From positions 37,460,464 to 37,524,463 of the forward strand of contig NC_043011.1 in assembly GCF_006345805.1 (NCBI RefSeq): a stretch of DNA of 64,000 nt. Direction: 5' to 3'. The notes under the pieces are model-generated. The model saw only the letters and a program-made list of their open reading frames with translations, ran no database searches and was not told the origin of the DNA. The DNA is from Octopus sinensis. Its lineage: Eukaryota. A program made the translations under genes and the position numbers. Of the stretch, positions 38,630 through 50,993 are shown in pieces (the stretch's first letter is position 1; each line of letters opens with the position of its first letter).

Positions 38630-40812
38630 CACATTCCCGCTCTAGAAACGGACATCACTTAAAATTATGAACGGAGAAATTGGAATAAATGGAATTAAAA
38701 ATTATATTCACTTGGTAAAACGAACCCTACTTAAAAATTATGAATGAAATAATGCAATAAAACAACAGACATCGGAAATAGACACAAATTACTACGAATT
38801 CCTTAACAAAATTACCATGATAAACCAAAACTCATAAAAACATATAATGATAATATCTCCCTTTACTAAACTCTATAACATACCTATATAGCAATCCCCC
38901 TAACCTAAATTCACACACAAATACACACACGTAAACCACACACACGACATATAACAAATACCCACCCCACTTACACATACCTATACATACATATAAGCCT
39001 CAACATATACTCCAAAAACCCACTCAACCCACACAGACAAATAAACACATACATCCCCAAACCTAAATAGCAAACCCATAAACACATTCACAAAGAAATA
39101 TACATACGTAAAAACACACCACCATATACATATACATACTCACCAAACTCGACATATACAACAATATTAACACACCCACATTCATACAGATAAACAAACT
39201 ACACAACCAAAATACGCACACACTCACCACAATCCCACATACATAAACACTCCAAAGAAAAACAACATTATTACACATAATACGATATATAAAATACATC
39301 GTAAGTAACCAGAATATCAAAAATAACAATATGACATAAGGAGAAATAATATACATACTTTCAAGTCAGTTTCAAATTATGAAGTGAAATTAAATTCTAA
39401 TCCGTTAAAATCATCAAACCAAAATTACGTTACCATAGGAACATAACTTATGTATAAAAAGAATACGCGCTATGGAAGCAAACCTCACTTAAAATTATGA
39501 ATGGAGAAACAGAATAAATGGAATTAAATTTATATACCGCGGTAAACCAACATTATTTAAAAAAATTATGAATGGATTCTTTTATAAAACTACCATGATA
39601 ACTAAAACTCACAAAAACATAAATGATAAAACCTCCCTTTACTAAACCCTATAACATACTTATATAGCAATCCCTTTAACCTATACATTCACACACAAAT
39701 AACACACGTAAACCACACACCCATAACAATATACAAACAGCCACCCACTCACACCCACCCACAAGTACATATAAGCCTCAACATATACACAAACCAAAAA
39801 ATTACGTTACCAAGGAACTTAACATATGTATAAAAAGTATTCCCGCTCTGGAAACGAAACATTTTTAAAATTATGAATGGAGAAATGGAATAAATGGAAT
39901 TAAAAATAATATTCACGTGGCAAACGAACACCACTCGAAAATTATTAATGAAACAATGAATAAAACAACAAACATCGTAAATAGACAAATTACCAGGAAT
40001 TCCCTAAAAAAACCATGATAAACCAAAACTATAAAAACATATAACGATAAAATCTCCCTTTGCTAAACTCTATAACAAACCTATATAGCAATCCCCCTAA
40101 CCAAACATTCACACACAAATACACACACGTAAATCACAGACCCATGACTTATACAAATACCCACCTCACTCACACATACCTATACTAACTTATAAACCTC
40201 AATACACCAAAAACCCCCCCCCTCCCCCCAACACAGACAAATTAACACATACATCCCCAAACCTATATAACAAACCCATATACACATTCGCACACAAACA
40301 CACACACACGCAAAACACACACACAACAGATACCATAACTCCCTCACATATACGCATATACATACTCACTAAACTCGATATATAAACAATATTTACACAT
40401 CCACACTCATACAGATAAATAAATTATACAACTAAAAAAACGCACACACTCACACACAATCTCACATACATAAACACTCCAATAAAAACAACATTAAATA
40501 CATCGTAATTAACCAGAATATCAAAAATAACAATATGACATAAGGAGAAATAAAATACATACTTACAAGTCAGTTTCAAATTGTGAAGTGAAATTAAATT
40601 CTAAGCCGTTAAAAAAATCAAACCAAAATTACGTTACCATAGAAACATAACTTATGTATAAAAAGAATACGCGCCATGGAAAGCAAACGTCATTTAAAAT
40701 TATGAATGGAGAAATAGAATAAATGGAACTAAAAACTATATCTACGCGGCAAACCAACACTACTTAAAAAAATTATTATGAATGGATTCTTAATAAAACT
40801 ACCATGATAAAT
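38630..40812. repeat. Higher-order tandem repeat: A(about 840)-B(about 370)-A'(about 840)-B'(partial), strongly G-depleted on +
   Basis: ttaaaattatgaa(c/t)ggagaaa..gaataaatggaa(t/c)taaa recurs at about 38660, 39490, 39865 and 40695. tcccgctct(a/g)gaaacg occurs at about 38635 and 39841. Confidence 0.85.
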
Positions 40813-41115
40813 TATTATATGCATTTATGAGCTTTAGCTCATCTTGGCAGCTCTAACAAACACTTTGCAGTAACCCACGTCTATTTTTGATGCCTGCCAT
40901 TCCACTACACTATTCCATTCCCAATTCTAAGCAACGCTAGCCCACCACCCGGTTACAATTCCCAACTCCACCCATTCATTCACAATTTCAACGACGCTCG
41001 CTTCCACAGCGCTACGTATGAGCCTCAATATATACACCGGTGATTCGCTTCCACATCCGTGCGGATGGGTGAGAGTATGCATTGATATTTTAGATTGATA
41101 TTTTAGATTGGAAGT

Positions 41116-41158
41116 CCACCTGAAGATTGTCGATCAAGACAAGAAACAATTGTAGTGG
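41116..41158 (+). ncRNA. Type I hammerhead ribozyme (43 nt, canonical core)
   Basis: ccac-CTGAAGA-ttgtc gatcaa gacaa-GAAAC-AATT-GTA-gtgg: 4-bp stem I, 5-bp stem II, palindromic ACAATTGT stem III, GUA triplet. Confidence 0.85.
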
Positions 41159-41253
41159 CGGTTTTTTTGACTTTTTATTAAAATTTTATCTATTGATTAA
41201 GTCTTTCCTTGTTTGTTTTGCAAAATAGTGGTTTTGTCTCTAATAATATTATG

Positions 41254-41285
<32 letters not shown>

Positions 41286-41343
41286 ATATAATATATATAT
41301 ATATATATAATATATATATATGTTTGTGTGTGTATGTATATAC

Positions 41344-41379
<36 letters not shown>

Positions 41380-41582
41380 ATCTATATATAGAGCAATAAG
41401 AAAATGGATGGGATCAATAGGTGGCTTATCATTATATTATGCCAATATTTACTAAAATGACAATTCCAAGAACATACATACTTGTATAACTTATGCTTTA
41501 CATATAAAATATAAGGTATATTAATATTTAAAGATACAAGTAATTATTACAATATAACATACATGACTATGAATTGGGAAAA

Positions 41583-41709
41583 TAACTTACAGCTGTTTCA
41601 GCTAAGAGGCAAAAATACCTCATTCTACCTTTATTACCCCAGTAGACAGAAGTAATAAGGAGATGAAATTGAGGTACTTGAGTGTTTCTCTAGGCTTCGT
41701 CAGAGATTT
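41583..41709 (-). ncRNA. Type I hammerhead with a 97-nt extended stem II (stem I decayed)
   Basis: Minus strand: CTGACGA-agcctagag...aagtacctca...ccttattac/gtaataaagg...tgaggtattt...ctcttagct-GAAAC-AGCT-GTA. Confidence 0.6.
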
Positions 41710-42559
41710 TATAAAGTACATACGTTTAAGTTATAAATAAATATAAAAATGAAATAAATAAAAATACGCACACGTTTAAATACTTATCCATATATTTCGT
41801 GCATGCAGCTCATATATAAATATACATCGTAAGAAGTGCACACATGCTGTATTCCTAACAACTAACATTAAAAAGACATTAATTACACGAGCTAGATACG
41901 AACTTCAACACTCACAACTCCATCAGAATTAAATCTCGTCTGAATTCACCGTCTCCAACCCCCGAGAAAGGAAGACAAAGAAATGATAACAGTATATCAT
42001 GACTGTTATTATTTATACATGCACAGCCATTGTATTTCCGGAAAATTACCTACATAAATTTAAGAAAAGAATACAACTAAAAAATAATTTTTGTCACATA
42101 TTTATTTCGACATCATAGTGAATCAAATTGCAACCTAATTAATATTTTTTGTTATTCTTATTGATATTCCCAAAATAGAAGGTTGAAAATGTAATATTCT
42201 TAGTTTGATAATAGATGAAGTGTTTAGCATTTGTATGTTTTCCGAAAGCTGTCTTGTTTCAAGTGAATAATTATCAAATTGCTTCCGAATAGTCAATGTG
42301 AAATATTATATGTATGAACGATAAATCATGTCAGTCTACCATCCAAGCACGATGCTACACACACAAACACACACAAACACACACATACACACACCCATAC
42401 ACTCACGCACGCGCACGCACTCACACTCAAACACACATACATACACACAGTTACTTGCGTACCTGACCAAGTGGGCAAGTGCATAGCTTCCTACAATCAC
42501 ATACTGAAATGGGCGCCCAGTGAGACGTGTAAATATGGTTTCATATTTACGCACAAGGC

Positions 42560-42987
42560 CAAGTTCTCACGGCGGCGCTCATCGATTATATCGACTCACA
42601 GAGCTCAACTGGTACTTATTTTATCGACCCTCGAGAGGATGAAAGGCAAAGTCGACAGCGGTGGAATTTGAACTAAGCACGTAAACACGGTCGAATTGCC
42701 CGGAGTGCTTACGATTCTGCCAGTTCACCGCCAAACAGCGTTACGAGTAACAATGATTAATGTGAATAATAGTAATCCTTTCTAATATAGGCGCAAGGCC
42801 TGAAATTTGTGGGGAAAAAATAGTCGATTTCATCGAACCCAGTGTTTTAATAGTATTTAATCTTTCGACTCCGAAAGGATGAAGGGAAAAGTCGACATCA
42901 GCGGAATTTGAACTTAAAACGTAGCGACGAGCGAAATACCGCTAAACATTTTGTCCAGAAAGCTAACGATTTTGCCAGCCCGCCGCC

Positions 42988-43023
<36 letters not shown>

Positions 43024-43785
43024 TAATAATAATGATAATAATAATGATAATAATAATGATAATAATAATAATCTTTTCTACTGCAGGTACAAGGTCTGAA
43101 ATTTTGGGGAATAGGACAAGTTGATTACATCGACCCCAATGTTTCACTGGTACTTTGTCTCTCGACTAATAAAGAATAAAAGGCAGAGATGACCTAGGCG
43201 GAATTTGAATTCAGAACGTAGCGACGGACGAAGTACCGCTAAGCACTTCGCCCTGTGTCCTAACGGGCCTGTCAGCTCAGTAATGTCTTAAAGTCTAACT
43301 AACCACAAGCTAGACTGAAGTTAAAATTTTTAGATGCTTCCCGCGACTTAAATTTCTACAGGTAGAGCCCTATCACGATGTTGTCGAAATTATGGTACTT
43401 TTATTTGAGCTCACATCACATGTTTCCGATCAACAAAAGCTCTGTGAGTGTAATTTAGCAAAAGAGAAACTTGGCGAAGGCCGGCTGAAGGCAGCCGTCC
43501 TCCTTCTCTAGCTTTTGAAATATACAACTTCGTTCCCGCAAATTTTGAACTGTAGGCTCTATATATTTCTTTACTACCCATAAGGGGCTAAACACAGAGG
43601 GGACAAACAAGGACAGACAAACGGATTAAGTCGACTACATCGACCCCAGTGCGTAACTGGTACTTAATTTATCGACCCCAAAAGGATGATGGGCAAAGTC
43701 GACCTCGGCGGAATTTGAACTCGGAACGTAACGACAGACGAAAAACGGCTACGAATTTCGCCCGGCGTGCTAACGTTTACTGTAG
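42560..43785 (-). mobile_element. Cluster of four SINE-1 copies (about 42560-42735, 42780-42990, 43075-43280, 43565-43780) with a (TAA)n tract
   Basis: Repeated atcgaccccag..ggtact...ggatgaa.ggcaaagtcgac...ggaatttgaact motif on the minus strand. Confidence 0.9.
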
Positions 43786-43844
43786 GCTATATATCTAGCC
43801 TCAGAAATTGTCCTTTCTTTCTGGTAATAAGTATACGCAGGAAT

Positions 43845-44330
43845 GGCTGTGCGTGTGGTTAAGAAGGTTGCTTTGTAATGACGCATATCGGGTTCAGTCC
43901 CACTGCGTAATTCCTTGCTCCGGACTAGCCATAGCTTGCCAGTGTATTTTCTAGGCGGAGACTGCGTGAAAGTCGCTCATCCTTTCACACAGAAACATAA
44001 ACGCACGGATGCGCGCTTACACATACAAGCATACACACAAATATATTTGCATATGTCTATGTGTGTGTGTTTCTGAGTCTATATTTATCACACACGCATA
44101 CACCCCTACCAGTTGACAGTCGCAGATGGTTTATTTTCTATCCTCGTAAATTAGCAGTCTGGGAGAAGTGATCAATATTGTATGTACCAGACTTAAGATA
44201 GAACAAAATTAGTACTCAGATCGATCTGTTGGACTTTGCTAGTCTGTTGGACCTTACTAGTCGTAAATTAGCTGCCCTTCAAAGCAATGCCCCACTTTGG
44301 GGAAAGTGCAATGAGCGAATCAATAAAGGG
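43845..44330 (+). mobile_element. Old decayed SINE-2
   Basis: ggctgtgcgtgtggttaagaagg...gggttcagtcccactgcg head and a degenerate tail. Confidence 0.6.
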
Positions 44331-44588
44331 TAAGGGATAAATAACTTTAAAATATTCATACATTCTGTCAAATAAACCAAAAGGAAGAACGACGAAGACA
44401 CGTCTGTGAAGTGCTCAGCCACACGTTAATGTTACGAGCAAGCTGTTTAGTTTATCTGATCAAGTGGCCGTCGTGACTGACAGAGATAGTGCCTGTGATA
44501 CATGACATGTATGTATAGAAATGTGTATCTATCTATTTACACGCACGCACACACATACATACACACACCTACACACGCATATATATAT

Positions 44589-44660
<72 letters not shown>

Positions 44661-45228
44661 CTGTTAACCCAACTGCCTTTACGAAGTTCCTGCAATAAAC
44701 CTTCGGATAACAACCGGTAATCGCATCTGTGGCGGAACTTTACTCATCATCTATTTATACATTTTGTACAATTTCTCCATTATGTGTGTGTGTGTGTGTG
44801 TGTGTGTGTTGTGTGTGTGTGTGTGTAGGACAATCTATTACTTCTAGTAAAGCAAGGAATGGAAAACGTTTTTTTAAATATTGCAGCAAAGAATGCCACT
44901 TCTTCTAATTTATCACTCTTTACAGTCCTCATCTTTTAAATTTATTGTACAAAACTGTTCAGCTAATTTGTAAGTTTTTCTAATTAGTCACTTTTTCTGT
45001 ATTTATGTTAGTAAATTAGCCAAATTCTATTTAAATAAGTATAGTGTTATTTGTAAACTATAATAAAATCAGTTTTAATATTCGAATTTTAATTTTAGCT
45101 GCAATATCTTAAGTAAAAAGTTTCTTATTTTTTACTTTACTGGAAGTAATAGCTTGTCCTATACTTTTAAAGTTGTAATAACTTGTCATGTACTTAAGAA
45201 TATGCCTTTTCATGCTCGTATTTTCTCT

Positions 45229-45355
45229 GGATGCGGTATCTTGTAATTGTGATATTGAAAGCTAACTATAGTGACTTAGTGATAGCTCAGTTTTTAAAAG
45301 TCATCGGATCTTTCTTTAAACATTTCGCAAGAAGGAGCTAGAAACTTCAGATTGA
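45229..45355 (+). repeat. 127-bp direct repeat, copy 1 (copy 2 at 46918-47044)
   Basis: Two mismatches in 127 bp when compared by eye. Confidence 0.95.
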
Positions 45356-46279
45356 TTTTTCCGGGCATTGCTGTTATAAGATAATTAATAAAGTGTCAAT
45401 TAATAATTTAAGATTTTATCTTATAAAATACTGAAAGTTAGTATTTCAATTTTTCCATGTAAGTCATGATAATATTTCAAATAGATCCAAAATGGATGAA
45501 AGGCAAAGTCGACCTCAACAGAATTTAAACTCAGAACGTAAAGATAGATGAAATACCGCTTCTAAAATACAAGAGTTTGTAAAACACGTTAAGAATAAAC
45601 CTTGTCCTATGTGATATATACTACCAGTATCGGAACTTTGAAAGTGTTTAGTTAAAAATAAATAATTACATAATCTGTACGTCGAAGTCGACCTCGGCGA
45701 AATTTGAACTCAAAAGACGTAAAGACCTACGAAACACCGTCAAAAATCTCGCCGCAGGTGTTGACGCTTCTGCAAGCTCGCCGCCTTACAGAATAAGTGT
45801 TCATTTTAGACATATATTCTTTATTCTTATTGCTAAAGGGTTACTCCCTGCCTTATCATTAACATAAACTTTCGTAACATTTTACCTCATTACTTTTTTC
45901 TACTAATTTCTGTTTGATGCGGCGCGAGATTCTGAATTCCTCATGCATTTTTTTATCATTTAAACCTAAGAAAGATATACATTTAATTAAAATTTAAAAA
46001 AATTATGTTAATGGAAGACGAACATCTGCCTTGGCATCTCCCCTGAGGTCGCAGATATTTTGATGTAACTCTTTTCTACTGCCACAATTATCAAACTATT
46101 CCTGCAAAAGTGTAGCTGAAGAGGTGTCTTCTTTAAACGTATTGACAGTTTGCAATTTAGTTAAGAACAAAATTTGTGGTACAGTTTGGGAGCTGCTACG
46201 ATTGACGGAATGGTGGACTTAAGAATACATTCAACTACGGTAGTGGTTGAATGTATTCTTATATATATATATATATATG

Positions 46280-46358
<79 letters not shown>

Positions 46359-46362
<4 letters not shown>

Positions 46363-46709
46363 AATTAATAATTTTAGGGTAGCAAGAAATTTTAGAAAAA
46401 GTTTCCGCTACCAGCGGTCAAGTGAGAAAGATAAAATAGTCATAGACTATGTAATATACTTTCAAACATATAAGGGATGGCAATAATGTCCTATTATGGC
46501 CATCCATTATATGCTTGAATGTATATATATATATATATATATATACATTCAAGCATATAATGGATGGCCATATAGGACATTATTGCCATCCCTTATATGT
46601 TTGAAAGTATATTACATAGTCTATTGACTATTTTATCTTTCTCACTTGACCGCTGGTAGCGGAAACTTTTTCTAAAATTTTTGGCTACCCTAAAATTTAT
46701 TAATTATTG

Positions 46710-46710
<1 letters not shown>
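46359..46710. repeat. Near-perfect palindrome (about 164-bp arms) centred on (TA)n and flanked by (TA)n
   Basis: 46359-46522 is the reverse complement of 46545-46710 apart from a few substitutions and 1-nt indels. Confidence 0.95.
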
Positions 46711-46742
<32 letters not shown>

Positions 46743-46829
46743 AATATATATATATATATATACATTGTGTATGTGCATGTATGCATGCGTGTCTGTGTCC
46801 AGAGGTCGAATGCTATATGAGAACATGAA

Positions 46830-48024
46830 CATTATTTAGTTATTGCTGCATTGAAATTAACATCACAATTGATGTATCAGAAAATAATAACGGTAGGCAT
46901 TCAAGTTACTCAAGAAAGGATGCGGTATCTTGTAATTGTGATCTTGAAAGCTAACTATAGTGACTTAGTGATAGCTCAATTTTTAAAAGTCATCGGATCT
47001 TTCTTTAAACATTTCGCAAGAAGGAGCTAGAAACTTCAGATTGAATTGTTTCACCAGTATCGAAATGTAGAAAGAATTTCCAACGCTTCACCCACTTTTA
47101 TTCAACAACTTCATCATCTCATTGGCGGAAATAGTAGAAAATCCACGAGTTCAATTGCAAAACGTCTCCATTATCAGAAAGAACAGTCAGATATGACGTC
47201 CACGAAGATAATTGGAACAAGTATTATATGACATAGAGAGGACAATTCATGTCAGAAGAATAAAAGCAAAGGAACATCGTTTGATCAGACTTAAAATGTT
47301 TTTAAATAAATGTAAAACCTAGAGTTACTTAAGATTATTTAGATTTTCCCAGATGAGAAAGCATCGTCCAGTACCAGAGATTAACAAAAAACAAATGACA
47401 GGTGGTTACATTCAGACCCTTCTGAAATTCCAACAGTTATGCTAAGAAAATTTCCTTGAACTCCACAGAACTTGGAGCTGTGTGTATTGAAGAATATGTG
47501 ATGCGTCTTCACCTCATTCCACAAGGCCTTAAAATTAACTCTGGTGGCTATATTGAGGTCTTGGAAACAGATACCAAATCCAATTAGATCGGGTACGCAA
47601 TGGAAGGTTGTACATGTTTCAGCAGGTGTCCGCACCATCACACAAGGCTCAAGCGACCTAATGTGGATAGACGACGATTTTCATGACCATATATCCCCTA
47701 TCATTTGCCCTCCGAATCCGCCATATCTTGATCCAATGTACTTCTACTTCTGGAGGGCTGTTGAGAGAGAAGCTAAGCAACATCCCCACAACACCAAGGA
47801 TTCTTTGAAAGCCGCGATATTGGAAGCAATGTCCGATATGAACCAGGATCATTTAATTGGCGCATGAATTAGTTGTTGTTGAGGCTGAAGGTGACTACAT
47901 CGAGTAACAATACGAAGAAAATAATCTACTTTATTTGTACAATTTCATTATTAAGTGACCTGTTATTATACGTACGTTTTTCTAAAACAACAAATTTGTC
48001 ATCAGATACTTTATGCCCCATCTA
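46830..48024 (+). mobile_element. Decayed Tc1/mariner-family transposon
   Basis: N-terminal VIVILKANYSDLVIAQFLKV; catalytic remnant ICPPNPPYLDPMYFYFWRAVE (WPPNSPDLNP.D..W motif); right TIR-like atcagatactttatgccccatctata. Confidence 0.8.
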
Positions 48025-49329
48025 TATATATATATATGTGTATATCCTTTTGAACATGTGAACGTTTGAGAGTGCGTGTATGCGTGTGTGTTTATATATA
48101 TAATTGAGGTAACTAGCTGGCCTGTCACTCTCTCTCTATATATTTATGTTCATACATTCACATCCTAAACTGCAATGTCGTGTTATTAAATATTATGCTA
48201 CTGAATATAAATATGTATATCTATTTATTCCCGATGGTGGTGTTGGTGGTGGCGGTGGAGATTGCTGTGCGGTTAGTATGGACAGTGGTGTTGGTGTTGT
48301 AGTTGTTGTTGGTAGGGGTGTTGTTTTTGGTGGTGGTGGTAGTGATGGTGAGGACGTGTGAGCAAATAGGTATTTATTGATGGAGAGAAGAGCGAGAAAT
48401 TTAAAACTCAAGAGATAATCATTATAACACCTTTCCTAAACCTGAACAGTTACAAGATTCCAGAGGAAAATAATATATAGGAGAAACAAGAAATTGTACA
48501 GTGATCAACAACTACAACATAACGTCATAAATGCAACACTGTCATCAACAACAATGATATACCATCATTAGAGCCAACAACACCATACAATATTTATCTT
48601 TCGTTTTAACCAACAAAATTTTAAACCTTTTTTTTTATACGGTGTAATGTATTTTTAGTTTGTTTTATTTTTTTTTCTTTCCGCAGTTGTTATACGTAAA
48701 TATGATAAACGAATATTGAGAAATACAATGTGTTAGTCATTCGATTAATCTTAACTGAGAAATTTATATTTATTCAGAAAGTTCTTTTTGTTTCTATTTT
48801 GCGTAAATTCAAAATATAAATTAAAAATTTAAAATACGTCACGCCACTTCGCACTTAATCCATTTACATCTTTGCATAATATACACATTACACTCATACA
48901 TTTTAGACGTTTTAGGTTTTAGGAGGATTATGGTGTGCAATTCCCTGTAATAATATTGTTAAATAACACCACAATATACTAATGAAATATTTATATAAAT
49001 CAAATTATTAATTTTAAGTCAGAAAAGTGAAATGAACTTTCTACAGTAACTGACAGTATTTATAAATTGACTGCTAGGTAAACCATCACTGACATTTCAA
49101 CCATTGAATTATCACAAAATGTTATTTGTATTGTCTAACGGTATTGATCTGCAAATCATATTAATTAATTTCAAACCCCTGTAATATATATGACTTTAGA
49201 ATGATTTTCTATCATTTCTATAATGTACAATGATTGCCTGAAATGGTTGACTCTATACCGTGTATCTACTTCAACTTAGGTGCTTCCGCGTCGGGTAACG
49301 CATAAAAACGGTCAAAGTACTTCAGTACA

Positions 49330-49545
49330 CTGAAGGATCGAACAGTATCCTTTCTCTCCACAGTCCCATCGTAGGTTTACCAGCTGAAGGTTTCTGTCAA
49401 TCATCTAGCGCCAGCTCATCTTGGAACGACCCTTGCACTGTTGCCCCTGATAGGTTCCATTTAAGGACTTGGGTCTCGATCTGTTCATCGAAGAACCGTG
49501 TGACGCGTCCCGACCAACTCAGTCGGCGCTTGAAGATGTTGATAG
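49330..49545 (-). mobile_element. RTE-like LINE ORF2 C-terminal remnant
   Basis: The minus frame RRLSWSGRVTRFFDEQIETQVLKWNLSG resembles the RTE 'RRL.W.GHV.RM...R..KQ.L.W' motif. Confidence 0.5.
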
Positions 49546-50019
49546 ACACAAGGCACTGATCTGCTCGACTTCTCACTTACTCGTTGTAGATAAACTCGTT
49601 CCATTTTATACTCGGTATATTTCTGAAGCATCAGTGCCAAAAACATCCAGCTTTTTTTAATATTGTTATTCAAGTGTCATCTTTCACATAATTATATAAT
49701 ACTTTAAATCACAATGAAGAACCTTTATCACTTCAGTAATAAATGCACTCATTCTATGAGAAATTTTTAAAAAAACGTATCTTTGGAGTATCTTTGGAAT
49801 TATATTGAACTATACCTCTAACAAAATACATCATACACAAATCTCCTCACTTTAGCTATTTTTTTCAAAAAAAATTCACATGTAAACATTGAAATTTCGT
49901 GGTCATCACCATCACTAGTTCCATATCCCTCTGAGGTTTTCAATTGTTACTTCAGGACATGAAAATTGTAAGTGGTAATTCTACCTCATTGTTGTTTTCA
50001 TGCATAAATGACTGATGCA

Positions 50020-50575
50020 TCCGGACACATCTTCAGTGATCTGCCTGGTATCATCGCGTGTTTCGGGTCTCTCAACATCGTACACCCTTCTCCAGGCGAC
50101 ACAGCTAGGGTTGATCAAACCCCAGTTTGTGTCCAATCAGCCGGCTAGCTAACCCATGCCTCTCCTCTTTTGATCCACAGCCATTTGTGGCCCTCTCTGC
50201 CGCATCATTGGTACTGCGGATGGCCTTCCTTCATACTCTCTCGATGCCCAAACTGCTGAAGGCTCTGGTGAAGGAACTGACTGTGAAACCCCTACATTCC
50301 ACCTCCACTGGGAGACATCTCGCTCTCCAGCCAGCCAGCTGGCAGTTACTAACCAGACCCGCTTACTTGCACAGCTTTATTTCAAAAGCTTCTTCTAGGC
50401 AAGCTTCCCATGGTTCAGTCAGCTCCAGCAGCACCACTTGCTTGGTGGAGTCAAACACGAGAACAGCGTCCAGTCGCAGGGTGATGAACGCAATGTGGCC
50501 AGGGAACTTCAACTGACGCTCAACATCCATCAATAGCTGCCAATCTCGACTTTAAATCTTGCCACTCTTCCCACC
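50020..50575 (-). mobile_element. 5'-truncated HERO-type (RLE-endonuclease) non-LTR retrotransposon
   Basis: The minus frame reads DWQLLMDVERQLKFPGHIAFITLRLDAVLVFDSTKQVVLLELTEPWE...K.CK*AGLV...GWRARCLPVEVECRGF, matching the RLE motif RPD..ELT.PW...K..KY as in HERO elements. Confidence 0.8.
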
Positions 50576-50744
50576 CTAAAACGAAAATTATAAGTGGTAA
50601 CGCTATCACAGAAACTACCAATTTCTAATAACACGTCAATCTCTGTAATTGAAGTCCTTGGGATTATAAAGTAGAATCACGATTTAAAGAACTAAATATT
50701 ATCAATTTAGAAACAAATAATAGCAAATTTATATATATATATAT

Positions 50745-50938
50745 GGGGGAAGAATTCATAAAAAAACACAAAATACGAAGACAGGTGGTGTAGACAACAA
50801 ACACATGTATTAATACAACGCTCGGGAAGTAAGAAAAAGTCTTCAACGTTTCGAGCCTACGCTCTTCCACAGAAATGAACACGGAAAGAAACAAGGATAG
50901 AAAATAAGGAAGGCGTAGTGGGTAGCGATCTATCATGG

Positions 50939-50940
<2 letters not shown>
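50745..50940 (-). mobile_element. PLE-like module with a variant hammerhead-like motif (50841-50875); a related 5'-truncated copy lies at about 54125-54240
   Basis: Minus strand: ttt-CTGTGGA-a-gagc gtag gctc-GAAAC-GTT-gaag. Confidence 0.55.

Positions 50941-50993
<53 letters not shown>

Larger units (their letters stand above)
38005..41242. mobile_element. PLE-related composite: inverted hammerhead-bearing pseudo-LTRs (about 38090-38255 / 41078-41242) around a G-poor internal tandem array
   Basis: The arms are near-identical reverse complements. The internal region has a repeat period of about 1.2 kb. Confidence 0.8.

Noticed and set aside
38630-40812. Possible NUMT (mitochondrion-like G-poor strand; hydrophobic ORF 39063-39356)
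   Set aside because: No recognisable mitochondrial gene, tRNA or rRNA motif. It contains CA-type repeats and tandem duplications and is bracketed by PLE arms.
50025-50085. GAAAC...CTGAAGA order in the HERO 3' UTR (minus strand), suggestive of a type II hammerhead
   Set aside because: There is no NUH triplet closing stem III, and stem II does not pair at the core.
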